DNA of 64,000 bases from positions 310,001 through 374,000 of the forward strand of contig CDRNVI010000051.1 of assembly GCA_977017575.1 (NCBI GenBank). The letters run 5' to 3'. This DNA comes from Paramoeba atlantica. Lineage: Eukaryota > Protista > Discosea. Both the position numbers and the translations under genes were made by a program. Shown here in pieces: positions 20,994-32,049 of this stretch. The notes below the pieces were generated by a model. That model was not told the DNA's origin. It worked only from the letters and a program-made list of their open reading frames with translations, and did not search any database. Positions within the stretch are counted from its first letter, which is position 1; each line of letters starts with the position of its first letter.

Positions 20994-22280
20994 ATGGGTA
21001 CGTGCATCGAAGGGAAAGTCAATTCAACTTGGCCGGGGTCACCTCTTTCCACGGGCCCCCTGAACTCGAAGGGTTTCGTTGACGAAATTGCATCCCAGGG
21101 TCCCGAAAACCCATCGGCAGATTCAGCTCCAGGGGCCGAAGCGACGCACACACAGACCCCTCTCCCTCAAGTCCATCAGGAGGAGTGGATGTGCATAAAG
21201 CTACACATGGGCCCCTGTGCGGTGGGACATATCCAGGTCCCGATCCCCCAGGAAACCCCCCTTCGAGGGATGTTCAACGTCGCAGCTTTCACTCTAGGGG
21301 TTCCAATGGATCGAATATGCCTCTCTAATGGCCCCCGAGGGACGTGCGGCTTATTTGTCCACAAGAACTGTAACAGCCCACGTCACGTTTCTGTACCTCT
21401 CTGCTATTTGAAAATGCTGTTTTCTGGCCCATCCAATAAAAAGTAGGACGGAAAGAAGAAGAAAAAGCGAAAAAGTGGCCCAACTGCGGCGCTCGTACTG
21501 TGCAACCTCCGCCGAGGATGCATTGAGGCAAACCCCGGACCCCACCGGAAAGCCCGTAAATCTCGACCCCGGACTGGCACTTCCCCGCGTGGCCCTGAGC
21601 TTCAATCCCCTTCTACCGATCTCCGGCCTATCCCAACCTCCGATAGCCACCTCCCGGGCCCTGAACCCTCATCCCCCTCGCAGGGGGGGTCAGCAGAGTA
21701 CCAGCGAGCCAAGCGTCGAGGCTGGCCCGATCGCCAAAGTTCCCCTGGACATAAAGCCACTCGCCGCAACCGAAGAAGATACTTCCTTCTTCCTTCTTTT
21801 ACCTCTTTTACAGCCCTTTCCAGCTTTCACCGAGGATCTTCGGGCGGGGCACTAGGATTCCGATCTGAGCGCCCGCAAGTAGCTATACAATATCATCACG
21901 ACACCCGAACCTACCCACTTGGCACACTCACGAAACTCATCAGCCATATCCTAGCTGGAAAAATTCCACTTGAGGTTCAACACTGTTTCGCAGGAGAGCG
22001 CCCATGCGCTTTACACAAGGGAGAAGGGGACGTCCGCCCTATCGCTGCAGGAGAAACACTACGCCGACTCGCCGGCAAGGATGTCTCTAGGATGTCTCTC
22101 AGAAAGGCAAAAACCGGAAAGCTCTTCAAAGGCCACCAGTATGGAGTAGCAGCGCCTGCCGGAACCGAGTGTATGATACGCATCTGCAGACGGCTCGTCG
22201 TCTCAAAAACTTAACGCCGAGGACTTCGTCTTGTGCAAGGTTGACCTCCGAAACGCATTTAACAATGTCTCCAGGGAAAT
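20994..22280 (+). mobile_element. Degenerate non-LTR retrotransposon, CRE/SLACS-like reverse transcriptase
   Basis: 21810-22215 reads SFHRGSSGGALGFR...ILAGKIP...ALHKGEGDVRPIAAGETLRRLAGK...HQYGVAAPAGTE; after a frameshift, LCKVDLRNAFNNVSRE. Similarity upstream of 21810 is weaker. Confidence 0.8.
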
Positions 22281-23048
22281 TACGGATTCCGAGGATGATT
22301 TTGAGGCTATGCGCATCGAACTTGATGACCAACAATGGCTTGGGGTTGACACAAATGTTAATTAATTTTTTTATTTCTCCGAAAGTTAGACAGAACTCAA
22401 AATGGGGAAGCTAGGTTGGGATCTCCTTGTGGTCTTCCCTGGTACTACCACCTCACTGATGGCACTAACGCGGACATACATGTAGTATCATTCGTACAAA
22501 AGCAAGAGGTCCAGTTGCATTAGTACTGTACCCCTCCCTACTTCATTGTCACCGCTTTTCGGGAAAAAGGAGAATTAAATAGGGGGGGGGTGCAAAATTT
22601 GAAGTAGGGGAAAAAAAAATTTTCCCGTCGCGGCGCATGTTTTACTTTATTTTACTATCTGCTACTATTGTTCTTGTGTAAGCGTAAGTCCAACGGAGAC
22701 ACCAAAAATTCACGATGGGCCCCACTAGACATACCTTGACCGGGTACGGCGGGTACGTACTCGCCTGTACCCACTATATCGGGTACCGTACGAGCTACAA
22801 AAAAGAGCGGGGTCTACAGCGTAGCATGAGAGATAGCCATCTAAGTTCTTCCGCATATTTGTTTCCTCTTTCAAGATGTGTCAAGTACTACAGAATATAC
22901 ATACAGAATTGTATGTAAGTCAAGTAGGCACAAAAGGTACTGACTCCGTGATACATCCTTATGTCTTTATGTTTCCTGTGAATGAACATTTTTTTGTCTA
23001 ATTGCTGTATATCAATTATTTCATAAGCATTTCATATTTATAAAATTA

Positions 23049-23205
23049 CTGTCCCGCCCCGTTTAAGCGCACCTCGTTTTCCGCGAAAAGTGCGCTTAAA
23101 CGGGGGGTCTGAATCACTACGTAAAAAAAGAATTGGCGCCGCTTCGCGGCGCCGGGCTTTTTCCTTCAACTCTATGTGCGCTTAAACGGGGGAGTCTGAC
23201 CGGGT
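23049..23205. mobile_element. MITE-like element with gtgcgcttaaacggggg repeats and a GGCGCCGC-TTC-GCGGCGCC hairpin
   Basis: ta|ctgtcccgccccgtttaagcgcac is inverted in gtgcgcttaaacggggg at about 23090 and 23176; architecture like 3912-4222. Confidence 0.65.
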
Positions 23206-23312
23206 TTATTAATATTTATATTTATAATTATAAATACAAAAGTTTATTTTTTATATTCCTAATTATTAATGCAACTCCCAGTACATGTATGAGAATACAA
23301 ATGTCGTAAGCG

Positions 23313-24416
23313 CTATCCCACCATGGATCTCTTTCTTCCTCGCAATCGTACGTTTTCTAAACGAGTCATTGTTTGCTGGTATTTATCTGAAGAACTTGCG
23401 TCAGTTGGAAACGAGAGTGAAACTTCCCTGTATCCTTCATAAAACACGGGCAACCACTCGGGAGAACGACGATGCGAAGCGCTAAGCGCCTTCTCGAAAA
23501 CGAACAAATCGACAGCTCGATCTTCAGCTTTGTGAGTGACGCAGCTGAGTCCGAAATCAATCACTCCAAGGGGGCAATTTGAAGTTGAAGTAGCCGTCAA
23601 TGGATCGTTACCATTCTCGAACATCGAAGATGATTTCTGTAATCCCTCTTGCTCATTTATTCTAGCATTGCTCGTACATACTAACACGTTGGACGTCGTC
23701 AAATCCCCATGGACAATATTATGGAGGTGAAATTGTCCAATGACACGTCCTAACGTATGGCACAGAAATATGGAATACGAATGATACGTGCAAAAGAGAG
23801 ATGTTAAGTCTTTCTTCTGTGACGGTGGGATATCCTTAAACGACTGATCATGCAAAAGTTTCATCTGCGCGTAAAGTGCTTCTGCAGTCCCCAAAGTAAA
23901 TGATGTACTTTTAGTGTCGAACTCAATGTTCTGAGTCTGAATGAAGGACATGTACAACTGGGACTCTGCAAGTGCAAGCCACTCACGCAGGGGTTGCCCT
24001 TCGATAAACTCCATATGTATTGCCCAGTTCGTACGATCAACGCTGTAGATTCTCGGGACCCGAACTCCATTAAGTCCCGCACAGCGTTTCAACATGCGGT
24101 ACTCCGCCATGGTTCGCTTTTTTCGCAAGGACTGATCAAGAGGTGGGAATCGATAGGGTTTGGAAGGTCTGATTTTTGTGATGTAGCGAACATTGAATGG
24201 AACGTCGTCTTCGGGGTGATCTTTAGCGAGTTTACTAGTCGCTTCTTTGTGAAAATTCGTTGTGTTCCCTATGTGAGAGGCGGTATGAGAAAGTTGTGGT
24301 TCTGTGTTATCCGGGTTGGTGTTCGAGTCATCTAGTTTTCGTATTCGGGGCGGACACAAAAATACGACTGCCTCAGCTCCATGAAAGAGCAATTCTCCTT
24401 TACAAGTGAATTCCAT
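23313..24416 (-). CDS. BUD32: Bud32/PRPK (TP53RK) atypical kinase of the KEOPS complex
   Basis: HGAEAVV, KPYRFPPLD..LRKKRT..E, IVHGDLTTSN, IDFGLS, EDRAVDLFVFEKAL, VRLRGRKRSMVG. Confidence 0.93.
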   Translation of the reverse strand: MEFTCKGELLFHGAEAVVFLCPPRIRKLDDSNTNPDNTEPQLSHTASHIGNTTNFHKEATSKLAKDHPEDDVPFNVRYITKIRPSKPYRFPPLDQSLRKKRTMAEYRMLKRCAGLNGVRVPRIYSVDRTNWAIHMEFIEGQPLREWLALAESQLYMSFIQTQNIEFDTKSTSFTLGTAEALYAQMKLLHDQSFKDIPPSQKKDLTSLFCTYHSYSIFLCHTLGRVIGQFHLHNIVHGDLTTSNVLVCTSNARINEQEGLQKSSSMFENGNDPLTATSTSNCPLGVIDFGLSCVTHKAEDRAVDLFVFEKALSASHRRSPEWLPVFYEGYREVSLSFPTDASSSDKYQQTMTRLENVRLRGRKRSMVG

Positions 24417-24668
24417 GCAGCGAATGTAAGACTAAGTAAACCAAGAATATCTTTCGCTGACTACATTTCAACCATGCTTCACAACGTAACGATCTTAAAT
24501 AGTTTCATAAGAAAAGTTCATCATAGATATACAACTCTCCGAGAACGTATTTTCGAGAAAATAATATTGCGGAAGTCATGCTTCCCTTTCTCCAGTAATT
24601 TTGGTTCCACATTTCACGAGACCTTGATGCGTCTTCTCCTTACCTTGCTTCTTTCTCCCTTCTTGTTC

Positions 24669-25034
24669 TTAACCTCGGTAGGCTGCTCCACGCCCACGGC
24701 CTCCACGGGGGCGTTCTCTCTCGGCGTTGTCTCGTCCCTCAGTGGCGCCCTCACGAGCGCCTGGTTTCATTACGTCCGGAACCACGTTAGGCTTCAGGTG
24801 GAGTAGTTCCCGGATATGCTCAATACCCGCCTCGGTGAGTACCCAGTAGAAGTGTTTCCAGCAGTAGGTCTCGTCCACAAGCTTCTTGGCTTTGAAGGAA
24901 CGCATCAGGTTGATAATTTCCAAATTGGGGACGTCCAGCTTGGTGTGTTTTGCAAATTCCTTCTTGCACACCAGCACACCCTGGGTAAAGAGCTCCTTAA
25001 GAATTTCGTCACGATTTTCACGGCGGATGAACAT
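24669..25034 (-). CDS. RPS10: 40S ribosomal protein eS10; likely start at ATG 25034
   Basis: MFIRRENRDEILKELFTQGVLVCKK, VPNLEIINLMRSF, YCWKHFYWVLTEAGIEHIRELLHL, RG-rich tail. Confidence 0.92.
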   Translation of the reverse strand: MFIRRENRDEILKELFTQGVLVCKKEFAKHTKLDVPNLEIINLMRSFKAKKLVDETYCWKHFYWVLTEAGIEHIRELLHLKPNVVPDVMKPGAREGATEGRDNAERERPRGGRGRGAAYRG

Positions 25035-25226
25035 GAACCAGAGAAGAGTATTTCGCGAAACAAAAAGATAAGCTGTGTTTATCGTAACGAAAAATGATGA
25101 TGCTGCTTTTTGCTCACTAATCACGTCTATAAATGGATAAAAAAGCAACATAAAAAAGTATCGAAATGTTGTCCCACATAATTCTGTACTCTTACATCCA
25201 TTTTCTACCCCCCCCCTTGTTCCCTG

Positions 25227-27842
25227 TTACTCCACCGTCACACTCTTTGCCAGGTGTCGTGGACAATCCACATCATGGCCCTGGAGCACAGCCAGGTGGT
25301 AGGCCAGTAACTGCAGCGGAAGTGCCAATAACACTCCCTGGAGACACTCTACGGTTTCCGGTACCTCCAGTACCGTGTGAAACCACTCAAACGGGAGAGC
25401 AGACGAAGTAGAGGAAGGAGGCGTGCGGCTTTTATGAACACGAAGCGTAGTAGAACGAGGCGTACCGGTTTTACTACTCTCAGTAAAATCAGTTGAAGTA
25501 GGAGAACTACTTTTACTACTACTCAGTGTAGTAGAAGCAGGAGTGCTACTTTTACTTAAAGGAGTAGAAATCTGAGTTGTAGTCCACGCACTCCCACTCC
25601 CCCCTCCCCCTTTTGATACCCGTTTTGTGGTAATCAACACCAGGGGGTTGGCTCCCCGAGCGTGGAGTTGCTCCACGGCAGTGTGCATTTTACTTATCGT
25701 ACTGTCCCGAGGGGCAATACAAATCACCGGGCGGTGATCGTTAATAAGAGCCAGGGGGCCATGTTTCAGATCCCCTGCGGATAAAGCCTCCGCGTGGAGG
25801 TACGCGAGCTCTTTTATTTTAAGAGCCCCCTCCAGGGCGGTGGGGTGGCTGGTGCCGCGCCCCAGGAGAAGCCACGAGGGGTAGGGGAGGAGCTCGGAGG
25901 CGAGTTGGCGTACCGCAGAGTCCAGTTGCAGCGTCTGCTGAACCATATGGGGGAGACTGGCAAAAGAGTGGAGGACAGTGTGGATAAAGGTTTGTTGGGA
26001 GGTATGAGATTGTCCCACCAGAAGGGCGAAGAGGGTAAGCAGCGCCAGTTGGGAGGTGTAGGCCTTCGTGCTGGCTACTCCTACCTCAGGGCCAGCGTTT
26101 AGATGGATACCAAACTGAGTACGTCGGGAGAGGGAGGAACCAACGCCGTTAGTAATGCCCATGCGTACCACCTCCTGGGATTCTGCGTATTCTAAGGATT
26201 GCAATGTGTCTGCGGTTTCACCGCTTTGGCTTACAAACACCACGCAGTCATTTCGAAACAGGGGAGGACGGCGGTCGTTAAAGTCGTTTGCAACTTCCAC
26301 CATAACAGTGGCTTGCGTCATTTTCTCTAGGAGAGGCCGCACCCCGAGGCAGGCATGATAGGAGGTGCCACAGGCAATCAAAATGAAACGCCCGGTCTTG
26401 TGTAATATGGGGAGATAGCTTTGCACGCCACCCAAACAAATTTGAGAGGTTTCCGGGCGTACACGACCGCGCAGACTGTCGGTGAGTGAATCTGCCTGCA
26501 GCAGAATCTCCTTTCGCATAAAGTGGGGAAATCCATCCTTTCGTAGACACTCCAGTGCCATTTCTAATTTTTGTGGAGCCCGGGTTTCCGAGCGTAGTCG
26601 ACGAGGGTAGTTTTCTGCACACCTGTGTCGGTTGAAAATCCGCAGCGGTGAAGCGCTGGAGGGGTTAAGATGCGCTACGTCCTCATCCTCCAGAAAATAC
26701 ACCTCGCTTACGTGTTCCGCAATCGCCGAGGGGTCGCTGGCCATCCATCCCTCACATCGTCTAGTGGTATTTAGAGACTCACTGAACATGTCTTCCGGTT
26801 TACGTACTGCATTCCTCTTTTGCACCAAAAATTCCTTCGGGGCTCCACATCCCGTAAAGGCGCTGCCCCTCTCCTTTACCCCTTCCTCTGTCGTCCGTAT
26901 CCCCACCACCAGCGGCGACCCTCGTCTACACCCGACCAACTCCCCCGGGAAGTGCCGGTTACTCTTCAACACAAACCCGCACGCGCCCTCGAGCTGTTCC
27001 ATCACGAGCATGGCAAGTTCGGGAAAAGACAGCGCTGGAAAGGCTGGCGTCTCCTCTCCTTCGCCCCCGGGCCTCTCCTGCCTCTCCCTCTGCTGCTGTT
27101 GCATCAGCCAATCCGCTAGTTTGGCAATCAGCTCGGTATCTGTTGGGGTTTCCACCTGCACGTTGTTTTGGTTCAGCCTCTCACGTATCTCCCTGTGGTT
27201 GGTGACGACACCGTTGTGTACGACCACAAAGGTGTGGTGGGTGGGGTCACTGGTGTGGGGGTGCGCGTTGGTGTCGGTGGGGGGGCCGTGTGTGGCCCAC
27301 CGGGTGTGGGCAACCCCAGAGCCGAGCGTGAGAGAAGGTGAAGAAGAAGATACAGAGGAACCCGTAGATAAAGATAAACAACCCGAGGAGGGTGATGCGC
27401 TACTACAGACAACTCCCGAGACGACTCCCGAAGAAGCCGAAAAAGATGAAGAACACGAACGACTCGCGCATCCTGAAGCTGGAAAAGACGACAAACAAGC
27501 GGATGAACCCCCCCTCGACCCTTCTGCTGATTTCAGCTCTCCTACCGCACAGGAGCTCCTCTCCTCCGTGTCGCCCTCTCTCTGGTTTATATTCCTATCC
27601 TCCTTCTCCCCTATCAGCTCCCACCCGGTTTGTTGTTTCACGTAATCCACGAGGTTGGAGACGTTGCCTTTCTTCTTAATAATCTTTGGAGCATTGCGGG
27701 GATCCGAGGCGGCATCAAAGCTAATCCCAGCGGAGTCGTACCCGCGGTACTCCAGTCGCCGTAGTCCACGTAGGAGAGTGACGACTAGGGATTCCGGGGA
27801 GTGGGGGAGACCGAAGAATGCGTAGGCAAAGATTCCACACAT
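25227..27842 (-). CDS. GFAT: Glutamine:fructose-6-phosphate amidotransferase with Ser/Thr-rich insertions
   Basis: MCGIF, LEYRGYDSAG, AHTRWATHG, HNGVVTN, ACGTSYHA, SQSGETADT, EVGVASTKAYTSQ, EGALKIKE, PRHLAKSVTVE. Confidence 0.96.
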   Translation of the reverse strand: MCGIFAYAFFGLPHSPESLVVTLLRGLRRLEYRGYDSAGISFDAASDPRNAPKIIKKKGNVSNLVDYVKQQTGWELIGEKEDRNINQREGDTEERSSCAVGELKSAEGSRGGSSACLSSFPASGCASRSCSSSFSASSGVVSGVVCSSASPSSGCLSLSTGSSVSSSSPSLTLGSGVAHTRWATHGPPTDTNAHPHTSDPTHHTFVVVHNGVVTNHREIRERLNQNNVQVETPTDTELIAKLADWLMQQQQRERQERPGGEGEETPAFPALSFPELAMLVMEQLEGACGFVLKSNRHFPGELVGCRRGSPLVVGIRTTEEGVKERGSAFTGCGAPKEFLVQKRNAVRKPEDMFSESLNTTRRCEGWMASDPSAIAEHVSEVYFLEDEDVAHLNPSSASPLRIFNRHRCAENYPRRLRSETRAPQKLEMALECLRKDGFPHFMRKEILLQADSLTDSLRGRVRPETSQICLGGVQSYLPILHKTGRFILIACGTSYHACLGVRPLLEKMTQATVMVEVANDFNDRRPPLFRNDCVVFVSQSGETADTLQSLEYAESQEVVRMGITNGVGSSLSRRTQFGIHLNAGPEVGVASTKAYTSQLALLTLFALLVGQSHTSQQTFIHTVLHSFASLPHMVQQTLQLDSAVRQLASELLPYPSWLLLGRGTSHPTALEGALKIKELAYLHAEALSAGDLKHGPLALINDHRPVICIAPRDSTISKMHTAVEQLHARGANPLVLITTKRVSKGGGGSGSAWTTTQISTPLSKSSTPASTTLSSSKSSSPTSTDFTESSKTGTPRSTTLRVHKSRTPPSSTSSALPFEWFHTVLEVPETVECLQGVLLALPLQLLAYHLAVLQGHDVDCPRHLAKSVTVE

Positions 27843-28121
27843 GGGAAAAGAGATAGTTTAGAAGGGAAAGAGATAGTATAGTTTTAAAGTAGTATAGTTT
27901 TTTCCGTTTTCGAAGGGGTTAATCTCTTTTAATAAAAACAAGAGCTATACAAGAAAGACAGAAACGATTCACGTTTTAATTCAATTTATAGGGGAAAATG
28001 AGAATTGAAAACAGGTAAAAGGGAATTGCCCAGAAACGGGGTACGATTTTCTTCGTATTCTGTAGCTATGGATCTGGGCGCCATATGCACAACACCCGTG
28101 AGCTAAATGGAGAGCGCAGTA

Positions 28122-30026
28122 TTACTCCAATACGACACAAGAAGGAGCTGGTGTCGGCAACACAGTACTAAACTGGTTTCCAGAGAGACACAGGGTTAGC
28201 ATTGACGATGGGACGTGAGAAGTGTCAATGATGCCGGTGAATTTATTGTGGCTTAAGTCCAGAGTGCATAAATCATTTGGAAGAGCCCGAAGCTCAATTT
28301 CACCAGAGAAAAGATTGTGCTGTAGATACAGATCTTCTAATTTTGAGCACAATCGTGTGAAGTCAGGAGTTCCTGTAAGAAAGTTGTTCTCCAAGTGAAG
28401 TTCGGCCAAATTATCCGGAAGCAAAGACAAATTCACGGGTCCAAAAAAGTGATTGTTCGCTAGGTTTAAGGAGCGCAATTCAGCATTCAGATCAGACAAG
28501 TTAATTTCTCCCACAAAATTGTTATTATTCAGCCGGAGGATATCAAGGCCAGCGGGAAGCATCGTAAGATCGATGGTTCCATCGAATTTATTATGTTCTG
28601 CGCAGAATTGAATTAGTGCTTCAGGAAGACATGGCAGAACGAGAGGTCCCGCCAAATCTGGATTATTGTTAATGAAACAATCTTCAAGATTTTCGGGTAG
28701 ATTTTTGGTACGAAACTCCCCACTAAACATATTATTATTTAGTGCGAGTTTTGTCAAGTACTGCGGGAGGTTTCCGATAGCAACAGAGGGACCTAATTGA
28801 TTATGACTCAGCCAAACCTCCTCTATGGTTTCCGGCAGATGTGAGAGATCTACGTTGCCGACAAATTGATTTTCCATGATCATGATTTGATGCAAAGGTG
28901 GTGGAAGTTGTGTCAAATCGACGCTTCCCGTAAATTGGTTACTGTGTAGTGCAAGGTGTTCCAGTTGCTGCGGAAGTGATGTTAAGTCCAGAGACCCGGA
29001 GAGCGCATTGTTGGGTAGCGCCAAAACGTGAAGAAAGGGGGGTAACTGAGTTAGATCAACGCTCCCTGTCAGTTGGCAAGAAGCTATTGCTAGCGTCGCC
29101 AGTTGCTCGGGAAGCTGGGTAATGTCTATCGATCCTGAAAACGAATTCATCCCAAGAAACATTTCTTTTAGACCTGAGGGCAGTGTTATTAAATGAAGTT
29201 TGCCTTCGAGTTGGTTGCGATTCAGCATGAGTGAAACCAATGCTGGCGGAAGATGAGTCAAATCTACACTCCCCGCGAAATGGTTTCTCTTAAGAAATAA
29301 GGTTCGCATGGTGCATGGCAAATGATCTAAATGGAGGTCTCCGTACAGCTCATTCTGCCCAACATCAAACAGGCGTACGTTTGGCGGGAGTCGTTCAATT
29401 TCAATTTTGCCACTAAGCTTGTTCTCCGATAATGCAATATCGCGCATTCCCTCTGGAAGATCGTTCAGAGAAATGCCACCGCTAAACTCGTTATTATTTA
29501 GGCGCAACTCTTGTAGGGCCCTTGGAAGATGACTCATCATTAACTGTCCCGTAAAGTGGTTTGATTGCAATTCTAACACAACTAGTTCGCCGCCCAGTTC
29601 AGACCATTCGATTTCGCCCGTCAAATCGTTTTGTCCCAGATGCAGCTGCAGAATAGATCGAGGTAACTCTGATGTGGGTAAATTTCCGTACAGGGCATTG
29701 AACTGCATTTCCAGCACAGTGACAGTGGGAGGCAAATCTTTCCAATTCGGGACACCTCTTAAATTGTTACACCCCCACTGAATACGAATAATTTCGCTAC
29801 CGGAATTACATCGCACGCCCATCCACTGGCATCCCGGTGTTTTGGTATTCCAGTTTGATGAGGTTAAGGTCAGATTCGATACAAAGTGTGCCAAGTAATA
29901 CTCTGAGGGCCAAATAGTTCCCCGTACTTTTTGAGGTCGAGCGGAAATGTTTCTACCCTCTATATCCCGAGGTGGAGAATGTGAAATTGTCGTCTTATCA
30001 TCTCTTGCCCTTATGGCGTGAAACAT
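28122..30026 (-). CDS. Leucine-rich repeat protein, 634 aa (copy 1)
   Basis: GCQWMGVRC cap followed by a long run of LxxLxLxxNxFxGxxDLTxLP repeats. Confidence 0.93.
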   Translation of the reverse strand: MFHAIRARDDKTTISHSPPRDIEGRNISARPQKVRGTIWPSEYYLAHFVSNLTLTSSNWNTKTPGCQWMGVRCNSGSEIIRIQWGCNNLRGVPNWKDLPPTVTVLEMQFNALYGNLPTSELPRSILQLHLGQNDLTGEIEWSELGGELVVLELQSNHFTGQLMMSHLPRALQELRLNNNEFSGGISLNDLPEGMRDIALSENKLSGKIEIERLPPNVRLFDVGQNELYGDLHLDHLPCTMRTLFLKRNHFAGSVDLTHLPPALVSLMLNRNQLEGKLHLITLPSGLKEMFLGMNSFSGSIDITQLPEQLATLAIASCQLTGSVDLTQLPPFLHVLALPNNALSGSLDLTSLPQQLEHLALHSNQFTGSVDLTQLPPPLHQIMIMENQFVGNVDLSHLPETIEEVWLSHNQLGPSVAIGNLPQYLTKLALNNNMFSGEFRTKNLPENLEDCFINNNPDLAGPLVLPCLPEALIQFCAEHNKFDGTIDLTMLPAGLDILRLNNNNFVGEINLSDLNAELRSLNLANNHFFGPVNLSLLPDNLAELHLENNFLTGTPDFTRLCSKLEDLYLQHNLFSGEIELRALPNDLCTLDLSHNKFTGIIDTSHVPSSMLTLCLSGNQFSTVLPTPAPSCVVLE

Positions 30027-31092
30027 AATGATAGCAATTATAAACGTTTACAAAAGAAAAATAAAAAATTCTGCAAAACACTTATTATTTTCAGAATATT
30101 GCCACATGTTGCTAAGTACACGTCACTTGCACTGTATTACACGTCACTTGCATCTGTACGTATAATACAGTAACTCAAAAAAGTGTACAAATGTTTCGAC
30201 ATTTGAATTAATGTTTATATTTTTTTATCACAGAGAATCAGAGAATTTTAGGTTCTTCGTTAAAAGTGGTTGTAAAAGTGGTTGTTTTCAACTTAGAAGT
30301 CACTCGTGCTGTGCGCCATAAAATATTGCCCCTGAAATAAAATATCGCCCCTGATCGTTTACCGGACGCTGGTCTTCTCGAGCGCATGGAAGAAAACGTC
30401 ATTAGTTTGTGTGTCAACTGGATAAATAATCGAAGGAAGCAATTAAAAGGATCTCCGTGCGGTAAAGTGATAGAGCTTTTGTGCACCGTTCCGATCGATG
30501 AGATGAGTGTCCACCAGTTGTAGTACCTTTCTGGGTCTGTTTGGAACTGAATAATTGAGTTTACAACTTTTTGTTTATGAGGGGATCTTTTTGAGGCCTT
30601 AAATGCTTTTTGTATGGTCTCTCGTAAAAGCACAATAGAGCCTTAGCCGTAAAGGCCTCGTACAACAACACAAGATCCGGAGGTATCCTCGCAAAAACAC
30701 ACTAAGGATCATCACCAAACTTCACCCTCACACTTCGTTGCGGTGGCGACGATGCCGGGCTTGGGACCGGTGACAAATGCGTTTGTGAATCTGTTTGTGA
30801 AGTCTGTGATAATGTATCTTTATAATCTTAATCTTTATAAAAAGAAACAAAGTTATTTGCTTGGGGAACGAGATCTATTAAACACAATGAAATCAAGACA
30901 AAATGCGAAATTCCCCCCTCTTCCCTAATCCCCCCCGCCTTAAGCAAACCCAGGCAAACCCAGGTGGTTTCAGCCCTCTAAATAGGGGCGTAGAGGGGTG
31001 ACAATTAAGTAGGAGGAGGCACAGTATTTGCAAATTTGTGATCTTTCTGAAGAACTTTTCAAGAAAGAATACAGAGTGCGAAAAATACGAAT

Positions 31093-32049
31093 TATCAGAA
31101 CGGTCTTGAAACATTTTGACTTCAAGGAAAAGATTTTCAATTGAAACTCAGAGAGCTGGGTTTGGATATCATCAGAATTAACTGGAATGACTAACTTGAC
31201 TTGAAAAGAAGAAAACTAATTTAGCTAGTGCTAGTACTATTTAGACACATTATATTTTGTGAGAGTGAAGGCTATGTGATCTTCTATCATATTTTCGTCT
31301 ATACTTACAGGTAGTACCGAAGGTAACGAAAAGTAATAGAATAATACTTTTCGTTGTCTTTACAATTCTTTACAATGTTTTTCATTGCTTTTCTCCAATA
31401 TTCTTCAAATATTGGGTGAAAAGGGACTTTCTTCCCCCGAAAAAAAATTGAAGTTTTTTCATGGTGGTTTCTCAAACAAAATTTCAGTATTATCCGAGCG
31501 AGTGATTAAACATCGTATTTTTGCTACTTACACGACTCCGCTATATCATTTTTCTTTGCACAGGCTCTAAAATGTATAACAGTATCACTTTTTGTAGTTC
31601 GGAACCTTGGATGACGTGATGATAGAAGCCTGTACCGTACAATGTGAATTGAGGAGTTCTTGTAATCCGCTGTTTAAGAATTTTAAAATTATTGTCCAGG
31701 CTCAGAACCGGAACCAAGCTAGAGCTCATAAATTTTCTTCTTTGGTACATTCTATTAAGGGAAGTACGAAGTTTAAAGTTTTTGGGGGAAAAAAGTCCCT
31801 TATGACCAAATTTTGTGACCTCCCTTTTAATAAATTTTATAATAGCGGGAAGGGGGGGCAAAAGAAAGTGAATCAAATGAAACGTGTGAAAAGGGGTAAA
31901 TTTTCAGACCTTCGTTTTTTCTGAAACTGACCGAAGTTTCAGGGGGAGGTCATGGTAACATTCGAGATATCAGAAGTGTCTTGAAACAGTTTAACTTCAA
32001 GGAAATGATTTTCAATTGGAACTCAGAGAGCTGGGTTTGGATATCATCA
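31093..32049. repeat. Direct repeats of about 82 bp (31093-31174, 31968-32049) enclosing a short inverted pair (31421-31446 / 31779-31801)
   Basis: tatcagaa..tcttgaaaca..acttcaaggaaa.gattttcaatt.gaactcagagagctgggtttggatatcatca occurs twice. Confidence 0.75.

Noticed and set aside
20900-22400. Spliced-leader RNA gene near the CRE-like element
   Set aside because: No AACTAA...TTTCTGTACTTTATTG-like sequence seen; tttctgtac at about 21388 has no supporting context.
25035-25151. 39-aa N-terminal extension of RPS10 in the ORF track
   Set aside because: Conserved eS10 starts at MFIRR (25034); the extension is pyrimidine-rich, UTR-like sequence.
25400-25600. Possible cis-intron in GFAT
   Set aside because: In frame and stop-free, with no need for splicing; treated as a low-complexity insert.
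5640-27842. PIG-M plus GFAT as a GPI/GlcNAc functional cluster
   Set aside because: About 18 kb apart with unrelated genes between; polycistronic arrays are not functionally grouped.
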